64,000 nucleotides of DNA from Eledone cirrhosa (lineage: Eukaryota), in NCBI GenBank assembly GCA_964016885.1, contig OZ024743.1, positions 59,520,001-59,584,000 on the forward strand, given 5' to 3'. Of the stretch, positions 1 through 16,426 are shown piece after piece. The notes under the pieces are model-generated. The model saw only the letters and a list, made by a program, of their open reading frames with translations, was not told where the DNA came from and searched no databases. Each line of letters begins with the position of its first letter. Position 1 is the first letter of the stretch. The position numbers and the translations under genes were made by a program.

Positions 1-2109
1 GAATTCAAAGTACCAGGTTTATCCTACATTTTGTCACGTTGAATATCCTTTAGAAATACGTTACGACTACACATCGCTCTGTAATGGTCAGCCATTTACA
101 CATTAATTTCATGAGTAACCTGTTCCATTGATCGAACAACTGGAACATTGATCGTCAAAACCGACGGAATCCCATTTCACTGCTTATTAATTCATCGTTG
201 AATATATGACAACATATATTTCTGACAAGGTAATTGGAAGTAATATATTTTCAAATATACTATGACTCACGACTTTCCTGCGGCTTGTTTTTATTAAATT
301 CTTTAGTTAATTCAATTATGTTATGCAGTCTATAGGTTGTCTTTTTTCTGCAGCTAGATCTTGGTAAATATATCTTTGTAATTGTGCCGTCTAATTGCCG
401 GTTAATCATATTTTTTGTCTTGTCAAGATTTTGTATTCAAATAATTACCATTATTTTCTCAAACCAATTTACTCTCCGCCTTCTTAATTTCATCTTTCCA
501 TTTTTTTTTTCTCATATGTGTTCATGTTAGTCCATACTTATTATAATCATCTATGAATATAGCTTGTCCGAATGTTGAAGACGTTCACATCACAATGATG
601 CGTTGGCAAGTTCGGTCTCACTGCTTGGCATCTTAGGAATGTGTTATTTAGCATAGTCTCGGTCCGAGGCAGGTATTGTGAGAAGAATTGGGAAATAGTA
701 TGGAACACCGTCGGATGGACTCTGTCTGTAATTGAAAGGTCCAGACTTGTCACATAATTTATCATACCGGCTATCTCTGAGATTACCGTTAAGGGTAGAC
801 GTGTCAGTAAAATGCTCAGCAATTGTCATCATTTTTTCATAAACAGGCTTTTCCGTTGAACGAACAATCGAAAACCCTCATCGTCCAAACTGACGGAGGA
901 CCATTACATAATATTCTTATATGTTATTTTTCGTTTATATTATTAGTAAAATATATTTGTGTTATTTATGTCAGACGACATGCGTCTTCCTTCCCAATTG
1001 CTACAGGAATGCTGAATTTGTTTGCTTTGTTTTCAATAAATTCAATGACTTCTTAGATATTTATAATTAATATCTTGGGACTCAACGTAAATTAGCTGAT
1101 ATATATATCAATTACATTTACTTTTCTTTCTTGTGTATAATGCACATTTTTTTCCATAATATTTTCATGTTTTTGGACATTGAATTATACATTATTTGGA
1201 TACATTTAATTGGAAAATCATATCTTATGACTTTGTTTTAAAAATTCATCTAAAATATAAGGGATTGAGGGTTATTTGTATATTCGTTAGAATTAAAATA
1301 ACTTAATTAAATACGACTCCTGACACTTTGAATTCAAATTATTCTCTCTTAGATTTTTATATTACGTATCACCAGAAAATATAATGGTTTCAAAGATAGA
1401 CACAAAGGCAACAGTTGTAGGTTGACAAGAAAGTCAATTATATCATACATTTATTGATCTCTGGAAGAAACAATGATAAATTTAACCTGGGCCTTGTCTG
1501 AAACACTACCGATACTGCAATTCAGCAATTTAAACCCCTGAATTAATAATGTACGATCCACTAATTTACATAGTATCAATAGCATCTGTATAACTATTCA
1601 TCAATAAAGAAAACAATTTTCATTACGACAGTTAATGTAAGAATTTTATATGTGAGACATTAAGTAAAAACTATTGATGCTATTTATCGAAAATTTCTCG
1701 GTTTCATTATACGTCTGAAAACAGAGGTAACTGAGAGGAGATCCGGCTAGATCCTGTCAACAAACAACACCATAGGGTTTAAATACACATCATGTCTACA
1801 ATATCCAAATGGCTAAATGTCAGCTGAAGAGCAGACAAGATTCATGATCAGTATGTGGCCCGGTCCCCTCATAATGTACGATATTAATGACCGAACTATT
1901 CGCTTGAGGTGGGGCTTCTTATCTGAAGACTTGCTGCTATTCAGCTCTACTGCGAGATTCTTACCGCAAGAAACTAGTATTAACGGTCACTATGATATTT
2001 TTAATGTTTTATTTAATATATACATACACACACGCACGCACGCACGCACGCACGCACGCACACACACACATATATATTCATGTATGCATGTAAAAGTTAA
2101 ACAGAAATA

Positions 2110-2795
2110 ACAATGCAATCTGTACAGTATATGGAAGGAATATATTAGGTTAACCCTTCAAATAGCAGAGAGATGATCTTAACTTTTCGGACGCTAGTCC
2201 TTCATCAGAAGAAAGAATGAGAAATAAGATAGATTGAAGGGACGGGCGGTGTGGAATTGGAAACAATATCTTTAGATAAAAATAACAGGTCCAGTCATGT
2301 TGACTTCCCTTGGGGAAATTGTTGGTGCTGGCGTTTTTTTAGAAAAGTCAATGATGGAGCGCCTCTACCAGAAACGGAAAGAAAAAACTTTTTGTAAAAA
2401 GAGCTATACATGTGCACGTGCGTAAGAACGTGTGTGTATGTGTATTATTATACGTTCGTACGAAGCTAAGAAGAAATATGTGTGTATATCTATGTAAAAG
2501 AGTGTGTGTGCATGTAAGTACGAAGCTGTGAGCAAAAGTATGTTAATATAAGGGAGAGGAGAAAAGTGGAGTGTGCATATTTAGTCTGTCTGTATTAGTT
2601 ATAAGAGAAGAGGTTTATGATCATGAGAGAGCGATAGGAAACTAGGGGTGAACGTACAAGCGCATGTGATAATGGACAGTGTATTAAAGAAATTGGGGAG
2701 GTGACTTGAGTTCAAGAGGGGAATAGGACCCAAGGCGGTGAATCAAACTCTGTTCCGTCCTGGTGCGCGAGGCCTGTGGTCATTCCTATCAGAGG
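2110..2795 (-). mobile_element. 5'-truncated Penelope-like element 3' end (GIY-YIG C-terminal remnant, 3' UTR/pLTR with hammerhead)
   Basis: Minus strand ~2702-2758 reads TEQSLIHRLGSYSPLELKS, like the PLE endonuclease tail EQxLIxxLGTxxPxGLN. HHR at 2177-2212. 2110-2290 is homologous to 20220-20398. Confidence 0.65.
2177..2212 (-). ncRNA. Minimal type I hammerhead ribozyme (stem III degenerate)
   Basis: Minus strand: TCTT-CTGATGA-A-GGAC tagc GTCC-GAAA-AGTT-AAGA. The copy near 20283-20316 has GAAACGTT but a damaged core. Confidence 0.7.
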
Positions 2796-3105
2796 TGTAA
2801 TATTCCTGAGAGTAATGAAAAGCTCCAATCTATTCTATTATAGAAATTGGGTGATTTTGTTTCAGCAGTTACCTCGATGAGGTTGTTCGGCTCACGTTCG
2901 TAATGTCATGAACTTGATTTTCCGCATTTAGTTTTCTTCTTCAGTAAGATACTTTATTCGAAATTGCACCAGTCCACTCAAACGACACAATTGAGTCGTA
3001 ATTGTAAACTTTAGAGCTTGTAATAGAAAGCTACGTGGAATACCCAGTCACTTGAACGTTGATGAACACTTGTCTCTACAATACAGGTTAACTAACAGCG
3101 AACTA

Positions 3106-3322
3106 AGGCGATTAGCAATATCGGTAGAGCGTCGGAAAACATTCTATATGGCGTAGGGTTACGCCCCATTGCAATGAAAATTCAATTACTGCGTAGGTTA
3201 GCTTTTCCTTTCATCCTTACGGGGTCGATAAAATAATGTACCAGTAATGAATTGATGTTGATTTAATCGACTTACCCATCCTCAAATTTGTTGGCCTTGT
3301 GGCTAAATCAAAAACAAATATT
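3106..3322 (+). mobile_element. Older, diverged tRNA-derived SINE copy
   Basis: Shares CCTTTCATCCTTACGGGGTCGATAAAATAA.GTACCAG and the TTGGCCTTGTG tail with the young SINE copies. Confidence 0.75.
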
Positions 3323-4614
3323 ATGAGCAAACTGTTCCAGTGTTCGATAATTGGAACACTATTTATCCGATCCTTCGGAGGTCCAGCAACAACAAATAGT
3401 GAGTACATTAATTTCTGTCTACTAATTTGAACAGCTATAATTGCAAATTTATGTGTTAAGTATGTTTTACAAGCGTAATCTAGTTATTTATGACATAACA
3501 TTGGAATAGTGTTTCTTAATTTTAGACTGAATGTTTTACGTGAATTTTAAATAATGCATCAATAAAAGTACCTGTTTAGTTTTCGTCTCTTTCTCTTGTT
3601 AATGTGTTTTTAGCAATTTGTCTAGTTTAACGAATATATTTTAGTTGTCAGGTTTATTCGTTTCCGTTGACCAAATCTCCAGTCTCTCGTTCAATACTCA
3701 TTATATATAGATTACTTTATTTTTAGCTAGAAAATCATGTTCTTGTTGATTTGTTTTAACCCCAGGACAACTCTGATCAAGCAAATATATTATGGAAGTT
3801 ATTCCACAAGGATCACAATGTAATCTTGTGAGTTTCTAGGACTTCCTTATCCACGCTATTCATACGAACTTAAGGCGATGCTGTCGATTTGAGGTAAACA
3901 GTGCATTCCTGCTTTTAGCAGGCCAAGTGAACGCGTAGATGTTCCGTTGTTTTACATAATTTTCAGCGTAGTCGCTTACACAAGCATAACTTCTATATTG
4001 ATATAATAATTACTGGAAAAATGATAGTATTGCTAATGTATCGGACATAATACCTAGTAGTATCTAGATTGTCTCTCCATAATCCACTGAAATTGTCATT
4101 TTTGATTCGTTAAATTAGATGCAATTCTATGGCGATTCATTTTGGAATCATTAGAATCCCGGATAGGACGATTGGTGTTTCTGCACAATTTCGCTGAGTA
4201 GAAATCTCGCCCTAGCCTACTAATTACTAGAGAAAATAATAGATCCCCACCATGTAGTCAGGTGTAGTCAACTATGCACATCTTTAGTTGACACATGCTA
4301 AGTACAAATGCTCACTGATGATGACGCTAGATAATTTAATGGGTGGTAATACAATGACGCATTATATTTATTCAATTTTCTGTAGAGAATCTTATAATTT
4401 TCTTAGTTTGTTATTTTATTTATAGATATGTAATAGATGGTGATATATCAAACAATAAAATAAGATGTCATTATTCATCTCTCTGTTAGACACGCAGTGA
4501 CTAACAACAGAATGTTTTAAGTCTGCGTGTCAGACATATATGCGTAGCTTGTGAATAACAAATTCAAGGGGTGTCGCTGGCCGTGGTGATCCTGCAAAAC
4601 ATGTTTTGTAATGT

Positions 4615-4785
4615 ATCGTCTTATTGGCTAATTTCATCGTCTTATTGGCTAATCAACCAACGAGAATAATTGTTGCTCAAAAGCATCCGCCATTTTGTTT
4701 GCACGATTTGTTATAGTTGCGCTTTCGAATCTTCCTCCTGCATTTCGTCGTTTATCATCAACATATTTTTCTTGTTTTGGTAAGT
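4615..4785 (+). promoter_or_regulatory. Possible Pol II promoter and first non-coding exon of a host transcript
   Basis: Duplicated TTATTGGCTAAT (reverse CCAAT) at ~4621 and ~4642, YY1-like CCGCCATTTT at 4687-4696, and a consensus splice donor TG/GTAAGT at 4780. Confidence 0.4.
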
Positions 4786-4940
4786 TATATTGTTAATTTG
4801 TATATGATTTTTTTAATTTATATTAACTATTTTTTTTTCAGTTCCTTATAACATGCTTATAATATTGGTTGTATCATATTTACTTGTATATTTGTACATA
4901 TTATTGTTCGTTTTATGTTATATTATTTTATTATTATTAT

Positions 4941-5126
4941 AGGGCGGTGGATTGGCAGTATCGGTAGAGGGTCGGACGCCATGCTTTCCAGCATAGTTAC
5001 GTCCCTTTACGATCTGAGTTCAAATCCCGCCGAGGTTGACTTTGCCTTTCATCCTTACGGGGTCGATAAAATAAAGTACCAGTAATGTACTGGGTAATTG
5101 CTGGCCTTGTGCCTAAAGTAGAAACA
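4941..5126 (+). mobile_element. Young tRNA-derived SINE with conserved central domain
   Basis: A-box-like TGGCAGTATCGG, B-box GAGTTCAAATCC and core GCCTTTCATCCTTACGGGGTCGATAAAATAAAGTACCAG. 19-bp TSD ATTATTTTATTATTATTAT at 4922-4940 and 5127-5145. Confidence 0.9.
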
Positions 5127-5437
5127 ATTATTTTATTATTATTATGTTAGATTATTTTTTTATTATTATGTTAGACTATTTGTATGTAATATTTAATTTG
5201 TATTAATTCAAATATAACAATTATTATGTCAAATATATTTATTTAGTATTGATTGTTTCTTGTAATTGTTTATATTAAAAGTCTGAAAATATGTTTATAC
5301 ATCTTACAATAATATTTATAAGATCATTTATAAAAAACAATTATACAATCTAATTACATTACAACGATAATTTATTATTAATATATATCATGTTTAACTA
5401 GAGTTATTACAAGCGTTGCCTTAAAAAAATATTAAAC

Positions 5438-5879
5438 TAAACCTGAAAAATGCGCAAGCTCAAAAGAGCCACAGAATGTTATAATAAACCTTCAAAAGTG
5501 TGGGAGTAGAGTTGTTGCTCAAAAATATTGTAATCATTATCTATCGTACACTCTGTGGCACCCTTTTATAAAAAGGAGACTCAAAACGAACTCAAGACGA
5601 CACGATAATTATTTAAATGAATTTATAATATAGAATTCCGTTTAAGTGCATTTCGTATTAATCATTACTAAACATATACTATGAGATGTTGAACATTAGC
5701 TTAGATAATTATCGTGTCGTCTTGCGTTCGTTATGACTATCTTTTTTATAAAAGGATACCACAGAGTGTACCATAGATAATGATTACAATAGTTTTGAGC
5801 AAATACACTAGTCCCTCACTTTTGAAGGTTTATTATAACATTCTGTGGCTCTTTTGAGCTTGCGGATTTTTCAGGTCTA
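5438..5879. mobile_element. MITE/foldback element with ~175-bp imperfect terminal inverted repeats
   Basis: 5441-5615 is the reverse complement of ~5701-5876 (ACCTGAAAAA...TTTTTCAGGT). TA lies at both outer ends. Confidence 0.8.
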
Positions 5880-6239
5880 ATATAGATTGTTCAATCAATT
5901 GATAGCATTAAATTTGCTATATCAGAGTACATATTCATATTAATACAAATAATGTTATTCTTGATACGTTTCAACTCCTACAAACTCGTCTATTTGTAAC
6001 TTTACACATACTAAATTTCCGCATTCATTTGGCCCCTGCTTGTGTATTTCTAAATCAAATTCTGTGCAATAAGTTACATGGTGAATGATGACAAAACGAA
6101 TCAAATAAACCATAAATCATGACACAAAACGTTTTATGTAGTATGTTGCTGTTTCCTTGAAGCAATGTAGAAAACAGTACATGCGAGGGCTATATCGATG
6201 AAAATTGTTCATTAGATGATGTTAACAAATACAGCAATG

Positions 6240-6302
6240 TTATATATATACATATATATGTATATGCGCGTGTGTGTGTATGTATGTATGTATGTATGTA
6301 TG

Positions 6303-6363
<61 letters not shown>

Positions 6364-6478
6364 GTATATATATATATATATTTGTATATATGTGTATATA
6401 TATATATATGTGTATATATGTATGTATATATATACATACATACATATAAATATAGAATTGGTGCTCTGAATATATACA

Positions 6479-6516
<38 letters not shown>

Positions 6517-6546
6517 GGTATGTATGTATGTATGTATGTATGTATG

Positions 6547-6578
<32 letters not shown>
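6240..6578. repeat. (TA)n/(TG)n/(TATG)n microsatellite
   Basis: Directly visible. Confidence 0.95.
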
Positions 6579-9500
6579 CAAATATTCGAGGTCCGTGGGC
6601 AATCCGCTGGCTGAACAGGATGTTAATAGAGCTGTCAAAAGACGTAGGTAAATATCCAGGTTCGAAATAAAAATATTGCCGCGTAAACGTGGAAAATATA
6701 GTTCAAGAAGACAACAAACAGTGGTACAAAAACTCTTATTAGTTTCCCGCTTTATATTGGAAAAAGGAAAGAAAGTTCGACATGTCAGGCTTAAGCCCAC
6801 TACGTCGAACTCTCTTTCCTCTTAGTAAAAAGGAAAAGAAAATGCTGACAAATTTTTGCCAGTGAAAAACAGTTTAATTAGGAATAAGTATAAATTAGTA
6901 ATAAGTATTAGTTAGTATTCAGTTTTAAGTTTTTACCGGTTGCGTATTTCTTATGCTTTTCAAAAATAATCCTGAGATAGAGTGCTCGTGATTTTTGCTC
7001 TAATCTGATCAGTTTTGGAAATTCTTCCTGTTTTATGTGAAAAAAGTGGCTTGGGAGGTATTAAGATTTGTTTGGTTGTTGAATGTCACATGAATAAGCA
7101 CTATCACTTTCACGCCAATTCGTGTTGCAAACATTCTTGTAGTTAAAACAATTTTGAGTGGTCGATAGAAGTGACGTGAAGGTTTAAATTGATTTTAGCG
7201 CGAGCTGGTTTTGCACCAAATGTAGGTTTGTAAAAGAGTGTCCTTTACCGCTTGATTGAGTTGCAGTCATGTTAAGAAGTCAACAGTTCAGGTGTCTATT
7301 AAGACAAATGTATGTGTGTGTGTAGCAAAGTCGTTCATTGTTGTGATAATGGTAATGAATCGGTCATTAGGAATGTGGGGTGGGTGGGTGGGGGGTTATT
7401 TTAACATGTTGAAACATACTTTTCAGCTCTTGTCTTATACGGAGAATTGTGTGTGTGTGTTTGTGTGTCTTTCTGTATGTTAGTATTCGCGTGTGCATGC
7501 ATGTGTGTGTGTATGTGTGGATGGAGCAGTATTTTTGTGGTACTGGCAAAAGTGTCGTACATTATTTGATATTTTCAGTCATTTGCAAAAAAGATTCTCT
7601 CAAAAGAACATCAATAACATCAATAATAAAAGAGGTGAAATGATGTATAGTATTGTCATAACAATTAAACTATTTTTCACTGCAAACAATTTGTCAGCAT
7701 TTTCTTTTCCTTTTTACATATATATCACAACTCGTGTGTCACACCTCTATTTTTTTTAAAATATCATATCCCCACACGAGATACAGAAAATGCCAACAAA
7801 AACAGATACAACTCTTATCAACATAAATGAAGAGATTCTACAGGAACTCAAGAAAATTAACTTGAACCTATTTGTGCTAGACGACAAACTTGACTCCACA
7901 AATGAGGAAACCGTCACCGGATACAAATCTTCCGAAATCGGCCATAAAATTCAAAACCTTTGCGATACTATCCAACTATTTTCACTACTAGCAACCCAGG
8001 AAAAACCAACGAAGAACCATGTGAGATTGATTCATACAAAATGAAAAATCGAACAATCCCAAAATCGAACAAATCCCTCAGAGACAGAAAATTCACCATC
8101 TGGAAGATGATACAAAATCAAAACAAAGCGGAGATATATGAAAAATGGCTTAACTCAACCCCTCTAACTCTCCCCCGTAAAATACAAATAAAATCCATTC
8201 CAAATGAACCCGAGCCTCAAAGATGCCTTAGGGAAAGAATGGCATTGGAAAAAAATGAAGACAGAAAATGAACTTCTTAAATTGAGGGCCCAGACAAATG
8301 AGGAAAAAATCAAAAGCATCGATGAAGAGATCCTCATTGAAATCAACAATAAGTCTGAAGGCCCCAACGTAGAGAAGATCTCTAAATTATGGAAAGAAGA
8401 CTGCAACAGAGAGGAGCTGAAATCCCGTCAACGCTGGGGAAAAGTGCCGCTTGGTTCCTAAGCTATGAATCGATTTTTCAAACGGATTACACCTCCAATA
8501 GCCCGTTCATAAAATAGGAAAACCCATAACCCAACCGCACACCAACTTCGCAAACCCCCCAGCTACTAACAAAGGAAGAAGGAAGCACCACATCGAAGAT
8601 GAACTTCCCAACCTCGCTTCAAAAACCCTAGAAATCATCACCCCCAGAATGACATTTACAACTTTCCCCCTTCAAGGAGACACCATACCAAATCACTCAA
8701 CTACTACGCGGATGCCTCATCGACAAACATAGGGAAAATATACCACTACCGCGATAGACGTAGCAACTTCCCCGCCACAAGAGTACAGCAAGGTAATTTC
8801 CATTTCCTCAACTCTCGCTTCCACAATACACAACAAACCCACACCACACGAAACAACCATCAACGTAGGCCACCTATAAAACCTCAATCCAACATGGCAC
8901 ATAGAAACACACATCCATACTCGCAATATAGGAACACCCCATTCAATCGACAACCACGAACCCGAACCACATTTTTACAACAACAAATAATATAAAAAAC
9001 ACAGGAGACCACTTAACATCAGCAGACAAACCCTCTATCCCAACCATTTTTTAGACACAGCACACAGATACAGGCAAACGAAATAACACAAGACAGGGAG
9101 GAGAAACCGAGAGTAATAAAAATTATCAATTTAACTAGTGCAGAACCAACTCCCAACCTTATCAACTTAATCTCCAAAGGTCTTAAATTCACATCGAACC
9201 CCCCGCCCTACGTCTAAACTAATGTGAAATGAAGGAAGAACTATTCGACCAGTACAATGAGGATGAATCATTAGCATCTACACCCCATCAAAAGCTAGAA
9301 ATAAAATCCTGGACGAATTTTGTGAACGCATCACAAACTTCCCTTACCAACACTTTTACAGACAAAAACACAAGTCAAAGCTCAACAAGATAGAATGATT
9401 AAATAGATAAAAAACCGACAGAACTATTACAATTAAAGAGGCTGATAAAGGGAGTGCAGTAGTCCTAATTGAGATAGAATTCTATATCAACTTAGCGCTC

Positions 9501-12365
9501 TCCACTTTGGAAAACGAAACATACTACGAAAAGGCTGAACGCTACAATCAACAGAAAATTATGAGAAACCTAAAAGCTCTGATCAACCCATACAAAGAAG
9601 GACTCACTAACAAGGAATTCAGCTTCATCACAGATTTCATAAGTAAATCCACCCTTTTCTACGGTATCCCTAAAGTACATAAAAGCGAATTGATAAGTAA
9701 GGCGTACAAGGAAGCCATAGACTTAGTCATCAATGTCCCCTCACCGAATGATCTCAAATTAAGACCTATAATAGCAGGCCCCGCTTGCGAAACCCACCGC
9801 CTTAGCAACTTCATTGATACCCTTCTCAAGCCTTTTCTCTAACACATTAAAAGCTACATAAGTGATGGCCTAGATATGCTCAACCACCTCCCTAATTTAC
9901 CCCTTACTAAACAAATCGTGCTAGTGACATTCGATGTAGTCAACCTATACTCCAACATCCCCCACAACCTAGGAATAGAAGCTATCCAATTCAGGCTGGA
10001 TAAATACCCCAATGAACTCCCACAACGCATCAAAAAAGAATTCCTGATAGAAGGACTCAAATTTAACTTGGAGAATAATTAGTTCGTTTTCAATAACAAA
10101 TTCTACAGGTAGAAATCTGGGACCGCTATGGGAACGAAAACGGCCCCCACTTATGCCAACCTAGTCATGGGATACCTGGAAATCATCCTTTACACTAAAG
10201 TACTAAACAAATTAGGAAACAGTCTCCACTTACACATAGAAAAGAACTGGAAGAGATATCTAGATGATTGCTTCATCCTTTTGCACGAAAACATCGAGAA
10301 ACTTAAAGAATTTCACACCCTTATAAATGGGCTCAACACGAATATTAATTTTACAATGGAATACAGCCATCAATAACTCCCCTTCCTCGACATCCTCATT
10401 AATATTTATAACAAAAACATAGAAACAGACATATACTACAAGCCCAGATTCAAAGCAATATCTTCCTTTCAATTCATGCGACCCTAGACACGTTAACATT
10501 AATATTCCCTACAACTTAGCCAAGAGAATCTGTACTATAGTTTCCAATAAAAAACACCTGTTACTTACGTCTACAAGAACTAAAGGACACACTCATAAGC
10601 AGGGACTACCCTGCATCACTAATTGACAATGGAATCCAACGTGCCCTAAAACTCAGTACCCAGGAACTTAGACACCTTAAAGTTAATCAACCGAAACTAA
10701 AAGCTCATCCATACATCTCCACACACAACACCCTCAACAATGGGGCCTTTGTCACCATCCTCCAGAATATCCTTGTATTAAAAAAGGACCATAGAATGAA
10801 CCAAATGCTTCGAACACTCGATATCATAAAGAGCAAAAGACAATCTAAGTCCTAACACATGCCAAAGTACTGCCAACTACAACAACGAAACCCACAGTAA
10901 AAATATGCGATAGAGCCAACTGTGGTATATGCATAAACCTAATAGAGGGTTTGGAATTCTATTTCAAACACGGACAACGTTTTATAGTAAAACACAATTT
11001 CGCATGCGCATCAGAAAACATAATATATGTATTAACTTGCTCAGGTTGTCGAGAACAATACATAGGCCAGACTAAAAACAGCCTCCGCCAACACATGGCT
11101 GTCCATAGATCCCAAATCAAAATACGGGAATACAGAAAAATAGCACTGAGTGAACACATTGACACCTGTGCCGCCCAAAATCATCCCAACTTTAGAACCT
11201 TTCCCCTCTACAAATTGAAAGATAATGCCACCCACACCCAGCGCACCAGCAAGGAATCTCTCTTTATTAACAAATACGGACCCCCGTCTAAACACTTCTT
11301 TCAAAGACGAACCCACAACATACACACGTTGACATACATACCTACAAAAGCATACATCCTACATACATTTCTATAAACACCATGACATACGTAAACACAC
11401 ATGTTCTATTGTGCAAAACAAATATACACAAATTCGCATACCTTTTGATGTTTATAGATATACACCTGCCGACACGCACACATACACATACGCACACTTG
11501 TATTGCACATTTATGGGTGCATACATATTTGTACACAAGTATCCCATACGACAGGGCCTAATGGATTCCCCTTGCAGTACTTACAATCTTGACTCACACA
11601 CGCCTTGTTGTTATGACAATACTATACATCATTTCACATCTTTTATTATTGATGTTATTGATGTTCTTTTGAGAGAAACGTTTTTGCAAATGACTGAATA
11701 TATCGAATAATGTACGACATTATTACCAGTACCACAAACATACTGCCCCCCCCCCCCCCCCCCCACACACACACACATACACACACACACACGTACACAC
11801 ATTCCTACTGACCGATTCATTTCCATTATCACAACAAGGAACCACTTTGCTACACACACATACGTACACACATATTTGTCTTAATAGACACCTGAACTGT
11901 TGACTTCTTAACATGACTGCAACTCAATCTAGCGGAAAAGGACACTCTTCGACAAACCTAAATTTGGCGCGAAACCAGCTCGCGCTAAATTCAATTTAAG
12001 CATTCACGTCACTTCTACTGACCAATCAAAATTGTTTTGACTGCAAGAATTTTTGCAACAAGAATTGGTGCGAAATGTATAGTGCTTATTCATGTGATAT
12101 ACAACAACCAACCAAATCTTAATACTTCCCAAGCCACTTTTTTCACATAAAACAGGAAAAATCTCAGGATAATTTTTGAAAAGCATAAGAAATGCGCAAC
12201 CAGTAAAAACTTAAAAACTTGAAACTAAAACTGAATACTAACTAATACTTATTACTAATTTATACTTTTTCCTAATTGAACTATTTTTCTTTGGCAAAAA
12301 TATTTCGGCATTTTCTTTTCCTTGTTATTAATATATCACAACTCGTGTGTCACACCTCTATCTTT
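6579..12365 (+). mobile_element. Near full-length Penelope-like retroelement (Neptune-like) with inverted 5' pLTR and short direct repeat
   Basis: ~6831-7664 is the reverse complement of ~11608-12322, and 7663-7750 is a direct repeat of 12274-12361. A decayed RT + GIY-YIG ORF lies between them. Both ends abut (TA)n. Confidence 0.9.
7790..11300 (+). pseudogene. Decayed PLE polyprotein: N-terminal region, reverse transcriptase, Cys linker, GIY-YIG endonuclease
   Basis: KEADKGSAVVL, FYGIPKVHK, LRPIIAG, LVTFDVVNLYSNIP, GTAMGTKTAPTYANLVMG, WKRYLDDCF, CDRANCGIC, IIYVLTCSGCREQYIGQT. Multiple stops and frameshifts. Confidence 0.92.
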
Positions 12366-12920
12366 AAAAAAAAAAAAATATATATATATATAGATATATA
12401 TATATATATATAATATACTATAAAGTATGTCCATCGAATCATTTGATAAGATATATACACAATCTCCTCTCCCAATCAGCATAATCAACCACAAAAAAAA
12501 CAATTAAACCAGGCTATAAGATTAAAAGGCACCTATGAAGAAATAATAGATAAATAAACGACATCCATCTATTCGCGATCAAAAGCTATAAAATATTAAT
12601 CCAGCATTTCCATACCACATGGAAATCGATTAAATATATCGACAACCATACACAATTAGGTATAAAATTAAAGTTAGAAAAATTATATATATATATAAAA
12701 GAAAATGAGATTTTTTTAAAAGAAACATGTCCCACTCGGGTGAAAGTATAAGAGAAAGAGATGGAGAATGCAACTCGCATCTGATGCAAGATAAATGACA
12801 ACAGAAACACAAACCCTCCATCTCAATTTTAATTTTGAAAACCATGAAAAATTGTGAAACCGGTAAAGTAAATATAAAAATATTCTTAAAAGACTCCATT
12901 TGCATATTCAATTTATTTTG

Positions 12921-14576
<1,656 letters not shown>

Positions 14577-15934
14577 TCATATATATATACTCATATATAT
14601 CCCATTTATGTTATGTTATATACAAAAAGTTTGAACTGGTGATTCCGGTTAGTAAGCGATGATTTAATAAAGTAAAACACTCAACGTTAAGCAAATTATC
14701 CTTAGTAGATGTGGTATCGCGAGACTAATGCAGGAACGGAGTTAAATATCTATAAACTTTTAATTCCAGGAAAATACTATACATATCTCATTGTCACAGT
14801 TTAATCATCCGATCATGATGCAATGATTAGGCGATTTCATCATGTGTTGTTTTCAGTATTAGTTACATAAGATAACAGGGTCACAGCCGGTTTCGCAGAA
14901 GACGAAATAGAGGGCAGATTTCGTTCGGGGATGGCCTTTCAATTTGGTGTGTATATGTGGGTGTATGAATGTATTTTCCTCAAGTATACAAACCATCAAT
15001 GTCATGGTCGTCTGTATAATGGTTATTCACCAACGCAATAGCTTCCTTTATCGTTTACTATCTTTCCATTCATTTTGATTTCTTTTTTCCCTGTCTTTAA
15101 ATATTATTTTCTAATGTGATACCCAAAATATTTTAGTTTTCTTTTCTTTATGATATCTTTATCGTTTATGAGGTTATTGCTTTGTATTTTCTCCATGACA
15201 ATCTCAAAGTCGTCTATATATTCACATTGAAAAAACTACTATATTTGATAACATTTTGTCTAATACTTACGTGCATCATACAATTGAATAGAATTTCGTT
15301 GGGGCGGTGCTGAGTTTTACAGATTTCCGATCAATAGAACGTGCTGCTAGTGAAAGTAACATGATAGTGGTTGTTCAATGAACATATTCGAGTGCGCTTA
15401 ACATAATTCTCAGAGAGTTCTGTGCAAAGGAATATGGGACAAGACTAGCATTTTGAATTACATATACAGTCCATTTAATGGGCTTCGAAACGCTTTCTGT
15501 CTCCCCAACTTCACTCACAGGGCAATGCTCGACTTAAAACTGTAGTAGATGACTCATGCTTAATATATCATGACCAATGGGTATATAATGATTGTGAAGT
15601 ACACTCCTTAAGAATTCGGTCTTGTGCCGAGAGAGAGGGCTGTACAATTCATTTTAAGTGTTTATCCAGGTTTGATATTAATGTTTGTTGGCGTTAATAT
15701 GTTTCAATTTTTATTTTATTTTTCAAAGCAATCTCACATGATATTTTGATTTCTAATTCTTATTATCCGCTATTTCATTGCATATGTCCAATATACATTA
15801 TCTTTAGTATCTCTTCAATTGGTTTCTCTCAATTGTATATGTAGGTGTTGGGGTGTGTATGGTGATTAACCATATTTTTATATTTCATATATGTTTGAAT
15901 TAAAGAGGAATCTAAAACAACAGGATGCATACAT

Positions 15935-15971
<37 letters not shown>

Positions 15972-16070
15972 TTAGCCATACACACACGCACACATGCACA
16001 CACACACACATACATACACCACACACATAATTATATATAATGTGTACTGGGTTGTGTTTGTTAATATAAT

Positions 16071-16257
16071 TGTTTCTACTTTTGGCACAAGGCCAGCAAC
16101 TACCCAGTACATTACTGGTACTTTATTTTATCGACTCCGTAAGGATGAAAGGCAAAGTTAACCTCGGCGGGATTTGAACTCAGACCATAAAGGGCCGTAA
16201 CTCTTTGCTGCAAAGCATGGCGTCAGACCCTCTACCGATACTGCCAATCCACCACCG
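16071..16257 (-). mobile_element. tRNA-derived SINE
   Basis: Reverse complement of the 4941 family. TSD TGTTAATATAAT at 16059-16070 and 16262-16273. Confidence 0.9.
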
Positions 16258-16426
16258 TGTATGTTAATATAATGTTTGCAAATATCTTGGATCTTGGTAG
16301 CATAAATTACAAGAATCCATAATTCATCATATACATCTATGGTTAAATTTGGCATCCATGATATTTATTTTATACTTGAACATTTAATCGTCTCAAATAT
16401 AGTGTGGCATTTCTAATTACTCATTA

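Noticed and set aside
4941-5030. tRNA gene
   Set aside because: The A/B boxes belong to SINE heads and no cloverleaf can be formed.
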